NCBI GenBank assembly: GCA_040954595.2
Contig: CM082577.2
Location: 9,697,846 to 9,761,845, forward strand
Source of the DNA: Balanoglossus misakiensis
Taxonomy: Eukaryota; Animalia; Hemichordata
Length of the DNA: 64,000 nt
Direction: 5' to 3'
Shown here: in pieces, positions 61,201 to 64,000 of the stretch
Layout: every line of letters begins with the position of its first letter
Numbering within the stretch: position 1 is the first letter of the stretch
Program-made: the position numbers and the translations under genes
The notes under the pieces: model-generated
What the model saw: the letters and a program-made list of their open reading frames with translations, nothing else
Told to the model about the DNA's origin: nothing
The model's database searches: none

Positions 61201-63451
61201 GATTGGGGACCAAGGCAAATACAGTCCCCAAACCAATGCCATGATTTATTTCACAGATTAACTACAGAATGCCCAGGACTGGATTCGCACGAACATTCAA
61301 AATGCCATCAAAGCCATTTAAGCCATTAATTCAAAATGACACCAAAGTCTTGCGATGTCATTAAAAAGGTGGGCTTTTTTATATCCCAAGGGTACAGACA
61401 AGTAAATGTCGCACAAAGCAGAATCTGACCTTTGTACTTTTTTTATCCCCCTCTCCCCCTCCTGAAAATTCCCATGACCCATAAAAACAGAAATTCTATG
61501 CTGACTTTTTGATAGTTGCATGGTTACCTACTGGACAGGCCAGCCACTTCCTCCAATCACTTAGCCCACTCAATTCCAGCCAACAAAAGATTCATTAACG
61601 CAGTCTGATAATTCCGTGCTACTGATCGGCCAAGACTGCACTCTTGTTTACTTATGAAGCTCTGTGAGACCTGCCCGGATTTCCTGAACTCATTCATCAC
61701 TCCCAAACTCCCAGACCCTTGACCTACTACTCAAGTTCACACCTCCCCTTTTCAAACGTGCACCTTGAAATTTCAATAAAAGCTATTATTCTGTGAAGTG
61801 TGGCACTTGTTTACACTTTTTTTCTAAATCGGTACAAACGTAGGTGTGGAGTTAAATTTGAAAAACGGAAGTTGAAGGGAGTTGTCCGTCTGTAAATTGT
61901 TTTTAACAGCAAAAAAGGCCATCCATCCAGTCACTCAGGAAAGACTGGGTGAGTAATAGGGCACTGGTCGGACAAAGTACAGTTCATCGTGTAATCGGAC
62001 TATATTTGGTCGGCGGTGGCTGTTTGAACTTGGCCTTTTAACTTGGACAGTCACTTGACATCTGACCTACTGGACAATAACAATGTCACTGGCGGTCATA
62101 CAGGATGAAATCTGAAACCCCAAACAAAAACAATCCGCCAAATACCACGTACACCACTGTCGGTCAACGCACCTTACATTCAATTCAAGCCAAAGGAAAT
62201 GTCCGTCAAATGCAGTGCATACAAACACTTCCCACGACGCTGTACGACTCGACTCACTAAATACCTGGGGACGCTGTGGCCAATCCAACACAGAATCCCC
62301 ATTTGGCAATCAAACACTTGTAAACTTCACACCCATTGTCCAGTTGAAACTTCCAATGCTTTTAATGACCCCATAAACCGCAGTTAACTTATTAAAACGA
62401 TCCCATGACCTCTGGCACACTTCTGTACCTCCCCACAGTTGGAATGGTTGATGATGTTATGATTAAATTTAAAACTGTCCGTAATTTTTTTGAAGAGTGA
62501 AATTCTGATGTCTGCACTGCTAAAATACCCCGGTATTTTATTCTTCTGTCTGTTCCTGTGAGTTTAGCGTAATCAGGATGAGGCTTCTTTAGAACTCCCA
62601 CCGTTCAAGGAGAGTAATGGCGCACGATACTCACCTGGCCACGCAACGGTAAAATGTGACGCGTAGTCCATGAGTGTGTTTATATTTTTAACTACACGTA
62701 TGCAGGCAATAATGGGTCTATATTGGGATGCGAGTGCTTGACCTTTGTCTGAGAGCCGTCGCGAGCTCATCAAATGACACTGCAGATGTCGACATCTTGT
62801 TTCACATTCGTTCCCCTTTTGACTGTGGTATTAAAGGGACAAAGTCTCTCGCTGCCCTTTTTCATTAACTATGTTAATTGTTTGATAAGACACCATTTAT
62901 GTTATTCTACATGTGGGTATATAGTGAATCAACGTTCAACCACGCACAAATTCCATCCAGCTTGTATGATGAGAATAAAAACTCGCCCAAAATTAATAAA
63001 TTGGTGGAGACCGATCATTCATTTCGGTGAGTTTTTTTTCACTTGTCTTTTATCAAACATAATTAATGGAAAAAGGGCAGCGAGAGAGAGACTTTGTCCC
63101 TTTAAAACCCTAATCAAAATTGAAAACCACAATCTACTGCACACTCGCACAGTGCCCGTTCCGTGTCACCTTACTGTACCTACAAATTTGGATTTGGGTA
63201 TCCAGTTTCCCCTAGCAATAACAACACACAGCTGCGGTACTGTAGCTCAAGGTTTTTGCCTGGTATAATAATTGTGCGTGGATCAGCGAACCTGATCCCC
63301 ACCCGTCAGCGTAGAATACCAGGCAGAACCTCGAGCTTCAGTATTGCAGATAAGTAAAGTATGGTAAAGGCAAAAGTCAACTCACGTTTTCGTCCAGGGC
63401 ATAATTCAGATCTCCACTTTCGTAGAAGACAAAAAACCGCCGTTGCCATTT
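1..63451 (-). CDS. MPRIP: MPRIP/TRIOBP/outspread-family gene (2 PH domains + coiled coil; actin and myosin-phosphatase scaffold), partial at both ends, 11 coding exons in window
   Basis: Manually spliced exons give KWQRRFFVFYESGDLNYALDEN-PGTIPQGTINMYECTDV... (PH1) and DIIHLKKGWLIKRENEK-DWTKHWFVLSD...-...VHRNYGFQIE-...AMTNGIRNNWIQAI (PH2). These match my recollection of MPRIP motifs (KWQRRFFILYEHG, PQGTINM, KKGWL, WKKHWFVL, RNYGFQI, AMTSGIRRNWIQ). All junctions are GT-AG and phase-compatible. An invertebrate gene is probably co-orthologous to MPRIP and TRIOBP. Confidence 0.93.
2562..2720 (-). CDS. MPRIP: Coding exon, start of coiled coil (VESLKAQLEKTQQELVEAHQQNIELK...)
   Basis: 159 nt, phase 0-0; acceptor aactcacag, donor gtcagt. 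Confidence 0.9.
5748..6599 (-). CDS. MPRIP: Coding exon, PH2 C-terminal helix followed by an acidic Ser/Glu/Asp-rich region (284 aa)
   Basis: 852 nt, phase 0-0; acceptor acttttcag, donor gtgaga; lies within track ORF 5685..6656. Confidence 0.92.
6634..6861. repeat. Diverged tandem duplication (~112-bp period) covering the 3' end of the PH2 exon, its donor site and intron start
   Basis: tcaaagaaatc...tttaatcca(c/t)aggcaattttt...tacct(tg/ca)attt(t/g)aaagccatagtttct...ggac occurs twice. Confidence 0.85.
6832..6921 (-). CDS. MPRIP: Coding exon, PH2 (AEKEDNCIYLSTCKEVKEIDVHRNYGFQIE)
   Basis: 90 nt, phase 0-0; acceptor catcaacag, donor gtaaga. Confidence 0.92.
7518..7589 (-). CDS. MPRIP: Coding exon, PH2 (DWTKHWFVLSDNTLKSYSDSRHEE)
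   Basis: 72 nt, phase 0-0; poly-T tract then tttcaatag acceptor, donor gtttgt. Confidence 0.92.
10686..10736 (-). CDS. MPRIP: Coding exon, PH2 start (DIIHLKKGWLIKRENEK)
   Basis: 51 nt, phase 0-0; acceptor aatttcag, donor gtgagt; KKGWL motif. Confidence 0.92.
12052..12144 (-). CDS. MPRIP: Coding exon (EQPEARQRSNSDPNVMEDIEKLRPRSYPGFG)
   Basis: 93 nt, phase 0-0; acceptor gttcgtacag, donor gtatgt; open frame. Not supported by a recognised domain motif. Confidence 0.75.
15690..15847. mobile_element. Decayed palindromic MITE remnant with Kolobok-like end (gtccct+TTAA)
   Basis: Central palindrome attctagtc-tg-gactagaat flanked by cattgttattg / caataacaatg; ends gatgtccct ttaa; similar to 45930-46271. 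Confidence 0.45.
17210..17400. mobile_element. ~190-bp TA-flanked MITE (CTGTAAAA...TTTTACAG), copy 1
   Basis: TA|ctgtaaaa ... ttttacag|TA; the internal sequence is the reverse complement of 58723-58912. Confidence 0.8.
19365..20348 (-). CDS. MPRIP: Large coding exon, disordered inter-PH linker (328 aa)
   Basis: 984 nt open frame, phase 0-0; acceptor ttttttttcag, donor gtaagg; GC-rich; overlaps track ORF 19299..20180 in the same frame. Confidence 0.88.
22086..22118. repeat. (CT)n microsatellite
   Basis: About 16 CT units. Confidence 0.95.
22375..22495 (-). CDS. MPRIP: Coding exon, PH1 C-terminal helix plus basic/Q-P linker (RWFSVLSEYPQINRAAAKSKSKK...)
   Basis: 121 nt, phase 2-0; acceptor cattttgcag, donor gtacaa; supplies the conserved PH tryptophan. 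Confidence 0.9.
23605..23756 (-). CDS. MPRIP: Coding exon, PH1 core (PGTIPQGTINMYECTDVFTADEKTGHEHSMGIAVPDNTTYIRAEVREEKD)
   Basis: 152 nt, phase 0-2; acceptor tattttgcag, donor gtacgt. Confidence 0.95.
24366..24441. repeat. 38-bp tandem duplication
   Basis: tgctgaatg(t/g)gtaaatttctgttactgtggtc(a/t)ctgaa twice, 2 mismatches. Confidence 0.9.
31029..32210. mobile_element. Non-autonomous PIF/Harbinger-type DNA transposon (1,182 bp)
   Basis: Perfect 22-bp TIR gggaccgttcagtttttacggc / gccgtaaaaactgaacggtccc, extending imperfectly to ~40 bp; 3-bp TSD TAA at 31026-31028 and 32211-32213; no transposase ORF. Confidence 0.88.
37335..37394 (+). promoter_or_regulatory. Candidate intronic promoter/enhancer: RFX X-box plus YY1-like motif in a CpG-rich patch
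   Basis: GTTGCTAGGAAAC at 37335-37347; CAAGATGGCCGCC at 37382-37394; motif match only. Confidence 0.3.
39722..40016 (+). repeat. Left subterminal array, ~14 units of 20-24 bp, core CTTTTCGATNAGAG
   Basis: Counted by eye; variable 6-10-nt linkers (tattca, cacacag, tattcgcg...). Confidence 0.9.
40244..40275 (+). repeat. Poly-C tract (32 nt) inside the TIR element
   Basis: Uninterrupted C run. Confidence 0.9.
41541..41730 (-). repeat. Right subterminal array, 9 units of ATCGAAAAG (inverted relative to the left array), with an 85-bp higher-order duplication
   Basis: ggcgctctttaatcgaaaag starts at 41541 and 41626. Confidence 0.9.
45930..46271. mobile_element. Decayed palindromic MITE with Kolobok-like end, related to 15690-15847
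   Basis: Arms cagtttcttgttc / gaacaagaacctg; centre tctagatctggtcaagaatttatctgtcaacaacaaca resembles tctagtctggactagaattcatttgtcaccaataaca; ends gtgtccct ttaa; left boundary approximate. Confidence 0.45.
53060..53233. repeat. Inverted repeat (16/17-bp arms), possible old MITE
   Basis: gagataccagacggtca ... tgacagtctggtatctc; inner cagctg sites also mirrored; no TSD found. Confidence 0.5.
58723..58912. mobile_element. ~190-bp TA-flanked MITE, copy 2 (opposite orientation to 17210-17400)
   Basis: 19-bp perfect TIR ctgtaaaacgggttatttt / aaaataacccgttttacag, TA on both sides. Confidence 0.85.
62835..63101. mobile_element. Kolobok-type MITE (267 bp)
   Basis: TTAA TSD at 62831-62834 and 63102-63105; ~55-bp imperfect TIR beginning agggacaaagtctctc...gctgccctttttc; AG..CT termini. 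Confidence 0.85.
63386..63451 (-). CDS. MPRIP: Coding exon, PH1 N-terminal part (KWQRRFFVFYESGDLNYALDEN)
   Basis: 66 nt, phase 0-0; acceptor ttgtttacag, donor gtgagt. Confidence 0.93.
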
Positions 63452-64000
63452 CTGTAAACAACAAAATGAAATTCTTAATCATGCTTTTATTTGGCTCTGC
63501 TAAGTGCTATACAGGCGATTGAGTATTGGGGTGTCTGCTAAAAATAAATTAAATCGCTGTTATCTGTTCTCAATTGCTCTGACACCTGTTGAATATCTCG
63601 TTCAGTGTTGACACTTTCGCATCCACTATCTACATTTCTTATCAACGTTTTATAACACGGCTATCAATCAGCTGCGTCGAGACATTTATGAGAGTGTTGG
63701 TTCGACAGGAGGGGGGGACAGGCACTGGCCAAACTTGACTTCGTGCAAGAGGTCACTCACTTTAGTGTTAGTGTGTCACCACATAACTGTTACACTGTGT
63801 ACATTACGGTAAACACTGTCAGCATTTTCAATATGCCATATTGACATTTTGTGTAGTACCCCGATAATCTGACAATGGATCGGCGGTCGTTCACGGCTAC
63901 CTAATATCTCTATTGTCAGAGAACGGCTTCTGTTACAAATTTACAATGATTAAATCACGCGTAGGCAATAATTCGACGAGTGGTCCAAAGATATCGATCA

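Noticed and set aside
62629-62680. Perfect donor CAG|GTGAGT at 62634 with an upstream ATG (MDYASHFTVAWP)
   Set aside because: Phase 1, incompatible with the downstream phase-0 and phase-2 acceptors; isolated consensus donors are expected by chance in 40 kb
23757-63385. Nested protein-coding gene or transposase/reverse transcriptase in the giant intron (e.g. ORFs 28381..28749, 34022..34501, 42944..43432, 46400..46882)
   Set aside because: All are under 170 aa, with intron-like composition, no recognisable domain and no consistent splice chain; small exons could still be missed by eye

Overview
Eukaryotic (animal) genomic DNA with AT-rich introns and GC-rich large exons; there are no prokaryotic operons or CRISPR arrays. 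The repeat content suggests a marine invertebrate such as a hemichordate or amphioxus, which is inference only. The whole window lies inside one minus-strand gene of the MPRIP / TRIOBP / Drosophila outspread family (two PH domains plus a long coiled coil). I traced 11 coding exons with GT-AG boundaries that join in frame: 63386-63451, 23605-23756, 22375-22495, 19365-20348, 12052-12144, 10686-10736, 7518-7589, 6832-6921, 5748-6599, 2562-2720 and <1-2332. Together they give about 4,970 nt (about 1,657 codons); the start and stop codons lie outside the window. A 39.6-kb intron splits PH domain 1. The introns hold several non-autonomous DNA transposons: a 2.07-kb TAT..ATA element with a 6-bp TSD (IS3EU-type) and inverted arrays of ~20-bp subterminal repeats, a 1.18-kb Harbinger-type element, TTAA (Kolobok-type) MITEs and an inverted pair of TA-flanked MITEs. 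Other notable points are a duplicated exon end that creates a candidate 22-nt poison microexon inside PH2, roughly 20-fold enrichment of the palindrome TACATGTA, and repeated RFX X-box-like motifs. I cannot demonstrate a wholly new biological system from the sequence alone.
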